This document shows positions 15,278 through 24,942 of a stretch of 60,585 nucleotides of DNA, one piece after another. Position 1 is the stretch's first letter. Every line of letters starts with the position of its first letter. The notes beneath the pieces are model-generated. The model was given only the letters and a program-made list of their open reading frames with translations, was not told the origin of the DNA and made no database searches. A program made the position numbers and the translations under genes. Source of the stretch: an uncultured Desulfobacterales bacterium (GTDB lineage: Bacteria; Desulfobacterota; Desulfobaccia; Desulfobaccales; 0-14-0-80-60-11); NCBI GenBank assembly GCA_964522695.1, contig CAZFWX010000002.1, positions 1 through 60,585 on the forward strand. The letters are read 5' to 3'.

Positions 15278-16471
15278 TTAGTAGAAGCGCCGGGCCAGGT
15301 TAAGGAGCCAGGCGGGAAGGCTGTCTTGCAGACGCTTCATGGCCAGGTAATCCTGGTTGTAGACCACATGCCGCAGGGCGTTTTTCAATTTTCTCAAGCC
15401 TCCCAGCGGGGCTTTGAGTTCCCGGCCGGACAGGGGACGGGGCAGGCGCACCCGCATCAGGGCCGGCAGCCAGCACTCCCGGGCGACCACGTCCATGTGA
15501 CGCAGCGTGTGCACCGCCTGTTGCTCATCGGCCAGGCGCCGCCAGCCCTCCCGCAGGGTCTCTTCCAGGGCCTGCTCCCACGCTTCCCGGGAATTTTCCA
15601 CTAAAGTGCCGGCGCAAATATCGGTGTCCGCATAGGGCGGCGCCTGGCTGTACACCCCGGGGTGGCCGTGGCCGGCGAATTCCACCATCTTGACGTCGGA
15701 CTTGCCGTTGATGAAATCCAGGGTCTCAGGGTCGGCCTCGGTCTCCACGGGGGCGATGCCCAGGCACGGCGGCAGAGAGGCCAGGAGGGCCTGGTAGTGC
15801 CAGTAAGGCGCCAGCCCCAGGTAGATCAGGGTGGGCCAGCGGGCGACAAGGCTCCCCAGGCGCCGGCCGAAGCAGTAAATGGGCAGGCGGCGGCGTTGGC
15901 TGAAGGCGGCCACGGCCTCCAGGACCGCGTCTTGAGAGGTGGTGAGGGCCAGGGCGTCGCTGGAGGCGAAGAGAAGAGCCGCGGGAGGCGCGGGGACGCG
16001 GCGGGCCTGGGGAAACTCTGCGGCGTTGGGGCAGACTGCAACCCGGTCCTGGAGAGCCAGGCCGGTGTACTTTTCCAGCAAGCGGGCCAGACGCCGGGAG
16101 GTAACGGTGAGCACCCGGCACCTGCGCAAGCCCAGCTCCACTCCCGCCAGGTTGACCAGGTCCGGGCCCCGGTACGCGGCCTTGGCCAATAAAAGGTCAT
16201 CCAAATCATAGAGAAAGCAGCCGCCCAGCCTGTCTGACAGATAGCCCAGAAGCCAGGGGGCGTCAACCTTTTGAACCCAGACGGCATCGAAGGCAAAATC
16301 GTCAGGCAGGTCGAAGAGGGAGGGATTGGCGATCCAGAAATCCCGGATCAACCCCTGCCGCCGCAAGTTGAGCAGGGGCATGGACAGGCGGACCTGCCGC
16401 AGGATGAAGGTGTCTTTGGTGATGGCCAGGACGCGCAGAATGCCCTCTCCTTTCTGGGGTTCACTCCCCAA
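15278..16471 (-). CDS. Hypothetical protein, possibly a GT-B-fold glycosyltransferase; start uncertain
   Basis: About 390-aa ORF co-directional with the large glycosyltransferase gene. The track start is TTG. AAGGAG lies 5-8 nt before ATT/CTG at GEG-ILRVLAI. Only a loose resemblance to GT1-type C-terminal halves. Confidence 0.55.
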   Translation of the reverse strand: MGSEPQKGEGILRVLAITKDTFILRQVRLSMPLLNLRRQGLIRDFWIANPSLFDLPDDFAFDAVWVQKVDAPWLLGYLSDRLGGCFLYDLDDLLLAKAAYRGPDLVNLAGVELGLRRCRVLTVTSRRLARLLEKYTGLALQDRVAVCPNAAEFPQARRVPAPPAALLFASSDALALTTSQDAVLEAVAAFSQRRRLPIYCFGRRLGSLVARWPTLIYLGLAPYWHYQALLASLPPCLGIAPVETEADPETLDFINGKSDVKMVEFAGHGHPGVYSQAPPYADTDICAGTLVENSREAWEQALEETLREGWRRLADEQQAVHTLRHMDVVARECWLPALMRVRLPRPLSGRELKAPLGGLRKLKNALRHVVYNQDYLAMKRLQDSLPAWLLNLARRFY

Positions 16472-16564
16472 CCAGGACCGGAGCGGCCACCGGTTAGGAA
16501 TACGGGCGGATAAGCGTCTTTGGAGGCGGCGCCGGCGGCAAGTGATGCAGGGCGGCCTCCCTAA

Positions 16565-19546
16565 TTAATGTGCCTGTCGGGCAGCATTGGCGGCCAATCC
16601 CAATTTTGGCCACCGGGGGAGCAGCATCCGGAGGGCTGCTTCCCAGACTTTTTCCACATGCAAGCGTCGGAGACACAAAGTGTCATGGGGACAATGTTCC
16701 ACTCTGCCTAAGTAACAGGGGGAGCACAGCTTTTCCATATAGATAACTGCGGCATTCGGTGCAATGGGACCCCATTCTCTGGGATCAATGTGCGCCATAT
16801 TGATACACAAAGTTGGTATTTCAAGGGCTGCAGCCATGTGTATAGGACCACTGTTGTTGCCTATAAAAAGATCGATATTTTTTAAAAAGAATAAAAATTG
16901 GTTTATATTCAATTTTCCTGCCATGGAGATCGCCCGTTGAGCATTTTTCATCTGTTTTAGTATGCTTTCAATTAGTGGGCGCTCTTGTTGAATCCCAAAG
17001 AATATTACTGTTGCCTCCAGTCGCTCAACGAAGATATCCACCAGACGGGCATAGTAATCACTGGGCCAACACTTAAATGGACTGCCTGCTCCTGGGCTGA
17101 TGCCAATAATTACCTGGGAATCCGGCGGCAACTTGGCAAAGAGATGCTGCCTGGCCAGGTCCTGGTCCTGGTCAGACAACTCCAACCGGGGGTAGAAAGT
17201 ATCCCCTCCGGCTATGGCGATCATTTCCATTAAGTTATAGAAATCCTGAGCAATATGCCGTCGGGCCCGCACCAGAGAAGTTTCCGGGTCTCCCGGCAGA
17301 GCCAGCGACAACCAGGGAAATTCATTTCTCTGGGCAAAGCCCACAGAGATCTCCGCGCCACTCAATTGTAAAAACTCACGGGTCTCGGGATGCCGGCGCA
17401 GATCGATGGCCAGGTCGAATTCAAACTGTCGCAGCCAGGCGGCGACGTCCTTCTTCTCCTGATTCGTTAAGATTTTATGGGGTATGAGTGACTGAGATTG
17501 AAAGAAATCATAGGTCAAGACCTCATCCACGGCGGGATGCATCTGTGTAAGTGACTGGGCCCAACTACCCACCAGGGCGGTAATCTTCGCCTGAGGAAAG
17601 ATCTGCCGCAGGCGGTGGATGGCCGGAAATGACAGAATGACATCCCCCAGGTGGTCCAGTTTCACCACCAGGATTCTGCGAATTCTTTGAAGATCAATTG
17701 TTGAACAGGGCATGATGGTGGTGATGATGAGCTCTTCGTTGATGCCGAAGTCACTGCGTTCCAGAGTCAGATTCGGGTTGTAATAAGGATCGCCTCCTTC
17801 CAACAGGGGCCGCCAGCGCTCCCAGAAAAGCTGAATATCCTCTTCTTCCTCCATGTCTTTGCGGCTCATCTTTTCATAATGATACAGAAGGGCGTACGGA
17901 GTGAAAACGACTAAATACCCGGCTTTTATGGACCGCAGGCAAAAATCCGTTTCGTTATTCACCAGGCTCAGCAGTTCATCGAAGCCGCCCATCTTCTCAA
18001 AGATGTCCCTGCGGGTCATGAAGCAGGCCCCCGTGACATAGGCGCAATTCCGCTGCACTGAAGCCAACCCGAAATACCCGGGATCCCGAGAGCTTAATCC
18101 CCGAAAGGCGTGACGGCCGCCACCGCCGTGATCTACTAAAAAGGCTCCTGCGTGCTGCTGCAGGCCGTCGGGGAAGAGCAACTTGCCTCCCACTGCGGCC
18201 ACTTCCGGCCGTTGGGCATGCTCCAGAAGGGCCTCCAGCCAATCAGGGGTAATCACCTCAACATCGTCATTGAGAAAAAGCAAGTAATCACCCTGAGCGT
18301 AGGTAGCCCCCACATTATTCACCTGCGACCAATTAAAAGGTTTATCCCAGGTGATGACCTTGAGGGGGACCGTCTTGAGAAATTTCTGGATGGTTTTATC
18401 CTCTTTCCGGCTGGTATCGATAAGAATGATTTCATAATTTTGATAGGTTGATTTGTTGATGATCGAATTGAGACAATCCTGGAAACATTGAAAATTGGCA
18501 AACTTCGTCGGAATGATGATGGATATGAAGTGTTGACCCGTCAAAGCCCTTTTAACGCGGAAGGTCCCGGGATATTCGCCCGCCAGAACTTCCCCCTTGA
18601 TGCCCCGCCGTACCAGGCAGTCTGCCAATGCCTGCAACTCTTGCGGGGAGCCGGAGTCAAGATCTCCTTCTGACTCCTGGGCCTTACTGTAGAGCACCGT
18701 CTTAACATGCCCTATCTTCTGGGTTTTTTCCGTTAAACGTAAGAGCAAATCATATTCGCCGGCCGGGGCATAGGGAATGCGAAACCCACCGATTTCCTGG
18801 ACCAATGGCTTGCGAGCAACCCAAAGCCGCCTGAGATAATTCATGCTGAAGAAAAGATCGGGCGACCAATCGGGTTTGAAAAAAGGATTAACCCTTTTTT
18901 TCCCGGGGGTGATCTGGTCGTCATCCGAATATATGAGATCATAGTCATGCAGATTGAAGAGATAGACCGTTTCAAACAGGGCATGGGGCTGCAAAAAATC
19001 GCCTGGATCCAGGAGCGCCACCAAGTCTCCTGAGGCGCGTTTCAGTAAGTGATTCCAGGCCTCCTCCCTGGTCCTATAATCTTGGACATCAATTTTAACA
19101 AGGGAATTCTCCAGGCCAATCGTAACAATGTACTCCTGGATCTGGGCATGCAGTTCCTGTGCACAGGAGATGCACAATTCCCACTTCTGGTAAGCCTGGG
19201 CTTGTAGTGAGCGCAAAGATGGCCCCAAGGCAAGGAAATCCCCTTTCCCGGTGACAGCCATGAGAAAGGAGATAAGGGGCCGATAGTAAAAACATTCAGT
19301 GTTTCTTTGCATCCACCTCAGAGCCGGTACGGTTACCTGGTTAAAATCCAACCATCGGTCATAGCCCCTGGCAACTTGTTCAGATTGAGGGGGTTGATAC
19401 AATGAAAGAAACAACCTTTGGATAACCCTCTTTCCTAATACCTTAAAACCTTCATTTCTCCAGATGGTGATGGCCTTCTTCCCCCAGTTCAGGTACCTGT
19501 AGCGTCTCGTGTGGGGAGGAAGGAGTTTATCTCTGAAACCCCCCAT
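16565..19546 (-). CDS. Tri-domain glycosyltransferase: GT2 + GT2 + GT9 (heptosyltransferase-like)
   Basis: 993 aa. ISFLMAVTG...QKWEL...DDD and ISIIIPTKF...YEIILIDTS...LFLNDDV look like two GT2 domains. RILVVKLDHLGDVILSFPAIHRL...GNNSGPIHMAAAL is GT9-like. GGGAGG RBS. The gene is visibly AT-richer than its neighbours. Confidence 0.85.
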   Translation of the reverse strand: MGGFRDKLLPPHTRRYRYLNWGKKAITIWRNEGFKVLGKRVIQRLFLSLYQPPQSEQVARGYDRWLDFNQVTVPALRWMQRNTECFYYRPLISFLMAVTGKGDFLALGPSLRSLQAQAYQKWELCISCAQELHAQIQEYIVTIGLENSLVKIDVQDYRTREEAWNHLLKRASGDLVALLDPGDFLQPHALFETVYLFNLHDYDLIYSDDDQITPGKKRVNPFFKPDWSPDLFFSMNYLRRLWVARKPLVQEIGGFRIPYAPAGEYDLLLRLTEKTQKIGHVKTVLYSKAQESEGDLDSGSPQELQALADCLVRRGIKGEVLAGEYPGTFRVKRALTGQHFISIIIPTKFANFQCFQDCLNSIINKSTYQNYEIILIDTSRKEDKTIQKFLKTVPLKVITWDKPFNWSQVNNVGATYAQGDYLLFLNDDVEVITPDWLEALLEHAQRPEVAAVGGKLLFPDGLQQHAGAFLVDHGGGGRHAFRGLSSRDPGYFGLASVQRNCAYVTGACFMTRRDIFEKMGGFDELLSLVNNETDFCLRSIKAGYLVVFTPYALLYHYEKMSRKDMEEEEDIQLFWERWRPLLEGGDPYYNPNLTLERSDFGINEELIITTIMPCSTIDLQRIRRILVVKLDHLGDVILSFPAIHRLRQIFPQAKITALVGSWAQSLTQMHPAVDEVLTYDFFQSQSLIPHKILTNQEKKDVAAWLRQFEFDLAIDLRRHPETREFLQLSGAEISVGFAQRNEFPWLSLALPGDPETSLVRARRHIAQDFYNLMEMIAIAGGDTFYPRLELSDQDQDLARQHLFAKLPPDSQVIIGISPGAGSPFKCWPSDYYARLVDIFVERLEATVIFFGIQQERPLIESILKQMKNAQRAISMAGKLNINQFLFFLKNIDLFIGNNSGPIHMAAALEIPTLCINMAHIDPREWGPIAPNAAVIYMEKLCSPCYLGRVEHCPHDTLCLRRLHVEKVWEAALRMLLPRWPKLGLAANAARQAH

Positions 19547-19750
19547 AGCTAATTGATCCTCCCGGAAGGCAAGCGGCGGGGCAGTGCCAGTGGGGTCGTG
19601 ATTAGCAAGGGCATGGCAGATCCAACAGTCGTCTCGGCAGTCATCATGGGAAAAACCTCTTTGGGTTAGCTGGTCTTGGGGAAAAGTAAACTCCAGGATG
19701 GGAACAGGCTTAGAGCCATGCTCGGCGGTTGTGGTTGCCGGTTCCCTAAT

Positions 19751-20500
19751 TTAACCATTGAGATGCTGATACTCGTTAATCACCTCCAGGGGGTCGCCCA
19801 TGGCGGCGACGCGCCCTTGGCGCAAAAGCATGGCGCGGTCACAGAAGCGTTGCACCATGACCAGGTCATGGGTTACGAGGATCACCGATTTCTGTTCCCG
19901 GCGGTAGCGTTCCACTTCATCAAGGCATTTCTTCTGGAAAATGGCATCTCCCACGGCCAGCACCTCGTCCAGCAAGAGAATCTCCCGGTTGGCGTGGATG
20001 GCCACGGCGAAGGCCAGCCGCACCTGCATCCCGGACGAGTAATTCTTGATTTTCTGGTCGATGAAGCGCTCCATCTCGGCGAAGGCGACGATTTCCTGGA
20101 ATTTTTCATCAATCTGGCGTCTGGATAAGCCGAGGACCGTGCCGTTCAGATAAATGTTGTCCCGGCCGGACAGTTCCGGGTGAAAGCCGATGCCCAGTTC
20201 CAGAAAAGGGGAGATGTGGCCGTTGACCAGCACGCGTCCCCGGTCGGGGTTGTAGATGCCGGCGATGATTTTCAGCAGGGTGGATTTGCCGGAGCCGTTC
20301 CGGCCGATGATGCCGAAGAACTCGCCCCGGCTCACCTCAAAGGAGACGTCGTCCAGGGCCATGAAGGTTTCATAGGTAAGGGGACGGAACAGGTTGCGGC
20401 ATCGGGTCACGAAATAGCCCCGCATGGTGTTAATGGCCTCGTGAGGGATGGTGAAAGTCTTGGAGAGGTGCTCGACCCGAATGCTGACTTCTGCGGACAT
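19751..20500 (-). CDS. Polysaccharide/O-antigen export ABC transporter ATP-binding protein (Wzt/TagH/KpsT type)
   Basis: 249 aa with GRNGSGKST (Walker A), YSSGMQVRLAFA (signature) and ILLLDEVLAVGD (Walker B), as in the ABC-2 exporter ATPase family. Confidence 0.9.
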   Translation of the reverse strand: MSAEVSIRVEHLSKTFTIPHEAINTMRGYFVTRCRNLFRPLTYETFMALDDVSFEVSRGEFFGIIGRNGSGKSTLLKIIAGIYNPDRGRVLVNGHISPFLELGIGFHPELSGRDNIYLNGTVLGLSRRQIDEKFQEIVAFAEMERFIDQKIKNYSSGMQVRLAFAVAIHANREILLLDEVLAVGDAIFQKKCLDEVERYRREQKSVILVTHDLVMVQRFCDRAMLLRQGRVAAMGDPLEVINEYQHLNG

Positions 20501-20676
20501 GAGTAAGAATTATACAAAGTCGAAAGGCATAACGCCACTTTCCGGGCGCAGAAAACTGCGGTTTCGGCTATAATGGCAGGTTAAGGGAAGAAAAAGGGAA
20601 TAGGCCGCATACCCCTTTTCCTTAGGCACTGCGCCGCACTCTTGGCAAAATATTGTCAGGATCCCCCGAGAACCGC

Positions 20677-22191
20677 ATGAACATGACGACCGCGCCGTTG
20701 TGGGTTATTCCCCTGCTCGTCCTTTTCGGCTTCCTGGCCACCATTCTCCTGGTGCCGGCGGCCCGGAGCGCGGCCCGGAGGTACAACCTGGTGGCCGCGC
20801 CCGGAGGCCGCCGGGGCCATTGCCGGGTGACGCCGCTGGTGGGCGGAGTCGTCATTTACCTGCCTTTCGCCCTGGTCTTCCTCATCTTTCTGGGGCTCCT
20901 GCTCACCGGCCACCTCAAGGTGGAGCAACCCGGCCGGGCCAAGATGCTCTCCCTCTTTGCCGGGGCCACCTGGATGCTGCTCCTGGGCACCTGGGATGAC
21001 CGGGTTGTCCTGGGCTGGAAGAAAAAGCTGCTGGGGCAGGTGCTGGGCGGGGCCATCCTGGTGCTGGGCGGCCACACCATCAGCACAGCCACCTTGCCCC
21101 TGGTGGGCTTGGTGCATTTCGGCCTCTGGGGCGTTCCCCTTTTTGTCCTGGCCGTGGTGATGATCATCAACGCCGTCAACCTGGTGGACGGCCTGGACGG
21201 CCTGGCCGGCGGCATCTGCTTTTTTGCCGCCCTGACCGCCAGCCTCATCGCCCTGGCCAAAGGGGATCTGTTCACCGCCACCATTGGCTTCACCCTGTCG
21301 GGCAGCCTGTTGGGGTTCCTGCTGTTCAATTTTCCGCCCGCGTCCATCTTTCTGGGCGACGGCGGCAGCATGTTTCTCGGGTTTCTCCTGGGCACCTTCG
21401 CCACCAGTTCCGCGGCCCTGTTCCCCGGCCAGCGCCTTGGCGCCAGCCTGATGATCCTGGTGCCTTTCCTGCCCTTGGCCATACCCCTCTTTGAAGTGCT
21501 CCTGTCGCTGACCCGGCGCTGGCTTACGGGTCAGGCCCTGTTTTGGGCCGACGGCAATCACCTCCATCATCGTTTGAGTGAACTGGTGAAAAATCCCCGC
21601 CTCACGGTGGCCATCTTTTATGCCTTCAGCGCCCTGTTATGCCTGGTGACGCTGCTCCTGGTCTTTCAGGACCGCTCTCCCGCGGGCTGGTGGCTCTGGA
21701 GCCTGGCGGCCCTGCTGGTGGTGGGGGGAGCATTGGCGGCGGTGTCGCTGTACCGGGGCAAACCCCTGACCGTGGCCTGGCAGAACCGCCCCCACTTCCA
21801 GTTTCTGGGGCTGTTCACCCGCTTTATGAAGGCGCGTTTGCAGAGGGCCCGGTCCCGGGAAGACCTGTTGGAGCTTTTGGCCGTGGGGGTGCGGGATCTG
21901 GGCTTCGACCGGGTGGAAGTCTGGGTAGGGGGGCGGCTCCACAAGGCCTGGGACAATCCCCATCCCCAGCACCCGGAGCGGGACCGCCTCCAGGCCGAGG
22001 AAAACTTCGCGGAGGGCCACATCAAGGTTAACTGGAGCCGCCCTTCCCACCTGGACGAGGGCTACAACGAATACCTGACCCTGGCCTGGCACCGCTTCCT
22101 GGTGGCCTGGAAGGGAGCCATGGCCCGCCACGTCACCGCTTTCCCCCAGGACCCCGCAGCCAAAGTGCTGGAGTTGCCGCGCAAGAAATAG
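20677..22191 (+). CDS. Glycosyltransferase family 4 (WecA/MraY-like polyprenyl-phosphate sugar-1-phosphate transferase) with a C-terminal extension of about 150 aa
   Basis: Multi-TM protein with the NAVNLVDGLDGLAGG motif. The start was moved to the first ATG (20677), because the track start at 20653 is TTG. The C-terminal soluble region from about aa 360 is unassigned. Confidence 0.85.
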   Translation: MNMTTAPLWVIPLLVLFGFLATILLVPAARSAARRYNLVAAPGGRRGHCRVTPLVGGVVIYLPFALVFLIFLGLLLTGHLKVEQPGRAKMLSLFAGATWMLLLGTWDDRVVLGWKKKLLGQVLGGAILVLGGHTISTATLPLVGLVHFGLWGVPLFVLAVVMIINAVNLVDGLDGLAGGICFFAALTASLIALAKGDLFTATIGFTLSGSLLGFLLFNFPPASIFLGDGGSMFLGFLLGTFATSSAALFPGQRLGASLMILVPFLPLAIPLFEVLLSLTRRWLTGQALFWADGNHLHHRLSELVKNPRLTVAIFYAFSALLCLVTLLLVFQDRSPAGWWLWSLAALLVVGGALAAVSLYRGKPLTVAWQNRPHFQFLGLFTRFMKARLQRARSREDLLELLAVGVRDLGFDRVEVWVGGRLHKAWDNPHPQHPERDRLQAEENFAEGHIKVNWSRPSHLDEGYNEYLTLAWHRFLVAWKGAMARHVTAFPQDPAAKVLELPRKK

Positions 22192-22372
22192 GTAGTGCGC
22201 CCAGGCAATCAGCCTGCGCCCGCCCAGGTGAGGACAGCTGTGCCACCTAAGTTCAGTTCAATTCAAAAGCCCTTCCATAAAATCTGCCCTTTTTTCAGAG
22301 GCGTAGAGTAGGCTTTGCCCGCCAATCCAATTAATTTCCTTCTTTGGCGCCCGCAAAAAACCTGTATCCTTT

Positions 22373-23641
22373 TTAATTCCTCGGTAAGTCATCTGGCAAG
22401 GACTCTTTTTCCGGCCTGATCATCCCCAGCAGCAGGTGGAAAAACCAGCTGATCTGGGGGTGGAACAGGCCGTCCAGGAGCTGGAAATGCAGCAGCGCGC
22501 CGGTGAGGGGTAAAAGCAGGGCCAGGGGCGGGATGGCCCCGGCCGGGTCCGGGGCGCGGGCCAGGCGCGCCAGGCGGGTCAGAAGAATGATAAGGGCTAA
22601 GATATATATGAGCGTGAAGGGAAAACCCGCTTCGGCCAAAAAGGTGAGGAAGACGTTTTCCGAGGTACGGATGCGTTCCACCGAATGGGCGAATTGCTCC
22701 CGGCTGACATAAGGATATTTTTTGTCGTAGTCCGTGAGGAATTCCTCCCGGGGGGCCCGCAGGCCGATGCCTAAAAGGGGGTGTTTGAGGGCGATGTGCA
22801 GGGAAAAGCGGTAATTCTCCACCCGATAGTAGAAAGACTCGGAACCGGGCCCCTTGCGGAAATGAGGCACGTGCGCGGCCAGATAAGCCGTCAGCCCCAA
22901 AATGGGAACGGCCGCCAACAGGACGTAGCGCCAGCGCCAGACCCGGAAGAGAGCCGCTTCCCCGGCCATGATCAAGGGGATCACCAGGGTGGAGCGCAGC
23001 ACATTGAGGTAGAGGACCAGGTAGCTTGCCGCCAGGAGCAGCCATGACCCCAGCCGGGGGCCCAGGCCCGCGGCCGGTGTGAAGAGCAGGGCCAGAGGCG
23101 CCCACCACAGCAGCAGAATGCGGGAAGCCACGGGGTGGTGGTTGGCATCAAGGAGTTGGTGGACTTCCCCGGTGAGAAAATGGGAGGCCAGGCCCACGAC
23201 CAGGATGCCGGTCAGGAGAATGAGGCTGAGCTCCAGGAACAGGATACGGGCCGGGCCGGTGGAGAGCAGGAGGCGGGCGCACCAGAATCCGCCCAGAGAA
23301 GACGCCAGAATGACAAAACCCCGGAAAGAAGAAGACAGAGGGGTGAGGCTGAACAGGCCGCTCAGAACCAGGAGCAACGCCAGGGCCAGGGAGACCGCCA
23401 CCTCAGCCCGACTGCCGGCCTCTTTGAGCTTCCCCTTCACAAAGCAGGCGGCTCCCAGGCTCAGGGCGCACAGGATGCCGCCCAGCAACTGGGACCGCTC
23501 TCCGGGAATGAGGGTCCCTGGGGGGCGCATGAAGGCCAGATGCACGGTGGCCGCGCCCCACAGGACCCAGGCGATGATTTCCGCTCGGGATTTTTCCCGC
23601 CAGAACCGGAGCAAAGAAGGGGCAAGGGGGAGGGCGGACAT
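22373..23641 (-). CDS. O-antigen ligase/polymerase family (Wzy_C) membrane protein
   Basis: 422 aa from ATG 23641, about 10-12 TM segments, with a periplasmic-loop motif ...HSVERIRTSENVFLTFLAEAGF. The track start at 23866 would overlap the upstream gene by about 200 nt. Confidence 0.75.
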   Translation of the reverse strand: MSALPLAPSLLRFWREKSRAEIIAWVLWGAATVHLAFMRPPGTLIPGERSQLLGGILCALSLGAACFVKGKLKEAGSRAEVAVSLALALLLVLSGLFSLTPLSSSFRGFVILASSLGGFWCARLLLSTGPARILFLELSLILLTGILVVGLASHFLTGEVHQLLDANHHPVASRILLLWWAPLALLFTPAAGLGPRLGSWLLLAASYLVLYLNVLRSTLVIPLIMAGEAALFRVWRWRYVLLAAVPILGLTAYLAAHVPHFRKGPGSESFYYRVENYRFSLHIALKHPLLGIGLRAPREEFLTDYDKKYPYVSREQFAHSVERIRTSENVFLTFLAEAGFPFTLIYILALIILLTRLARLARAPDPAGAIPPLALLLPLTGALLHFQLLDGLFHPQISWFFHLLLGMIRPEKESLPDDLPRN

Positions 23642-23667
23642 GTAAGCGCCGCTTGCAGGGCCTGCCG

Positions 23668-24942
23668 TTAGCTGAACCGCCGGTAACAGCAGCGGGCGCA
23701 GCCGGGAAAAAGGCCCTGGGCCACCAGCCGCCGCAGGTTCAGATACCCGGGGCTGTTCCAGATCTCCTGCAGGGAGGTGTCGGTAATTTTGCCCATAACC
23801 ATGTGGAGGCAGGGCGAAACCGTGCCGTCCGGCAGAATGCGGCAGGCCATCCACAGGTGCCGGCATTCCTGGGGAAAGGGATGATCGATGTCCAGATAAT
23901 ACGGCCCCAGGTTTTCATCGGGGAGATCCGGGGAAAAGCCCAGTTGCACCCGGCCCTGGTCCCGGCGACGCACCGCGGCCAGGCTCTCCAACAGACGCGG
24001 CAGGTCCCCGGGGCCGATTTCGCTTTGGTAGAACCCCCCCTCCGGGATGGAGGGCGCCACCACGTTCAAACCCTGGGTTGCGGGGTTTTCCGGGGACAGG
24101 ATGCGGTTGTGCCGCTGTACGTTTTCCATGGTGTTGAAGATGGTATGGGAGAAAAACAGCATGTCCGCGCCCAATTCCAGGGCCAGAGGCACCATTTCCT
24201 CCAGGCGGTCCAGGTTGTCTTTGGAAACGGTGCAGCGCAGACACAGAAGCGGGCCGGGGCTGCCCCGGCGGCGCCGGGCCTCGGCCAGGGCCTGAAAGCC
24301 GGCCACGGAGCGGCGAAAGCTGCCCTTGATGCCGCGGATATAGTCGTGCAACTCCTGGGGGCCGTCAATGGACATGGTCACCATGTGCACGCCTAAAGAG
24401 ACCAGATCGTCGGCCACCTGGGACAGCAGGATGCCGTTGGTCTGCAAGTGGATCATGAGGCGGCGCTGCCGGGCCGCCTCCAGCAGTTCCAGGGCCTGGG
24501 GATACACCAGGGGTTCGCCGCCGGTGAGATACAAAAGGGGCCGCCAGGAACCCACCTTCCCCAGGAGCTTTGACCACAGGGGCAAAGGCGGCCAGTTGGG
24601 GCCGGGCTGGGTGAGGCGCCAGCCGGCCAATTCGTCCAGCAGTTTGACCCAGGCCTGAAGCGGCAGTTCCTGATTGACGTCATACCAGTTCAGCTCCGGA
24701 GGGACCTCCACGTCCCGGCGGAACTGAAAGCACATGCGGCAGGCCAGGTTACAGCGGCGGGTGGGGTTGATGCTGATCAGGGCCGGCAGGACGCTGCCGC
24801 CGGCCGGGTGGAGGCGCCGGTCCCGGGCGCCGCCCCAGCGCCGCCGGTATTCATAGCGAAAATAAGTGGGGACAATGGCGGGATCTTGCCGGGCCATTCC
24901 CATTAAGCGGGAATAGACGCCGGCAGTGCTGCTTATGGACAT
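23668..24942 (-). CDS. Radical SAM/SPASM domain protein inside the glycan cluster
   Basis: 424 aa with CNLACRMC (CxxxCxxC) and a C-terminal CRILPDGTVSPC...FPGCARCC SPASM-like cluster. GGAGG lies upstream. Confidence 0.85.
   Translation of the reverse strand: MSISSTAGVYSRLMGMARQDPAIVPTYFRYEYRRRWGGARDRRLHPAGGSVLPALISINPTRRCNLACRMCFQFRRDVEVPPELNWYDVNQELPLQAWVKLLDELAGWRLTQPGPNWPPLPLWSKLLGKVGSWRPLLYLTGGEPLVYPQALELLEAARQRRLMIHLQTNGILLSQVADDLVSLGVHMVTMSIDGPQELHDYIRGIKGSFRRSVAGFQALAEARRRRGSPGPLLCLRCTVSKDNLDRLEEMVPLALELGADMLFFSHTIFNTMENVQRHNRILSPENPATQGLNVVAPSIPEGGFYQSEIGPGDLPRLLESLAAVRRRDQGRVQLGFSPDLPDENLGPYYLDIDHPFPQECRHLWMACRILPDGTVSPCLHMVMGKITDTSLQEIWNSPGYLNLRRLVAQGLFPGCARCCYRRFS

Noticed and set aside
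22373-23866. Long N-terminal extensions in the track: the Wzy_C-like gene to 23866, the membrane protein 30385..30924, the ACS paralogue from 43124, xseA from 49771, tlyA from 55708 and Tim44-like from 58610.
   Set aside because: The extensions overlap upstream genes or run through repeat units, and they are compositionally junk. Internal ATGs with SD sequences give N-termini that match the family.
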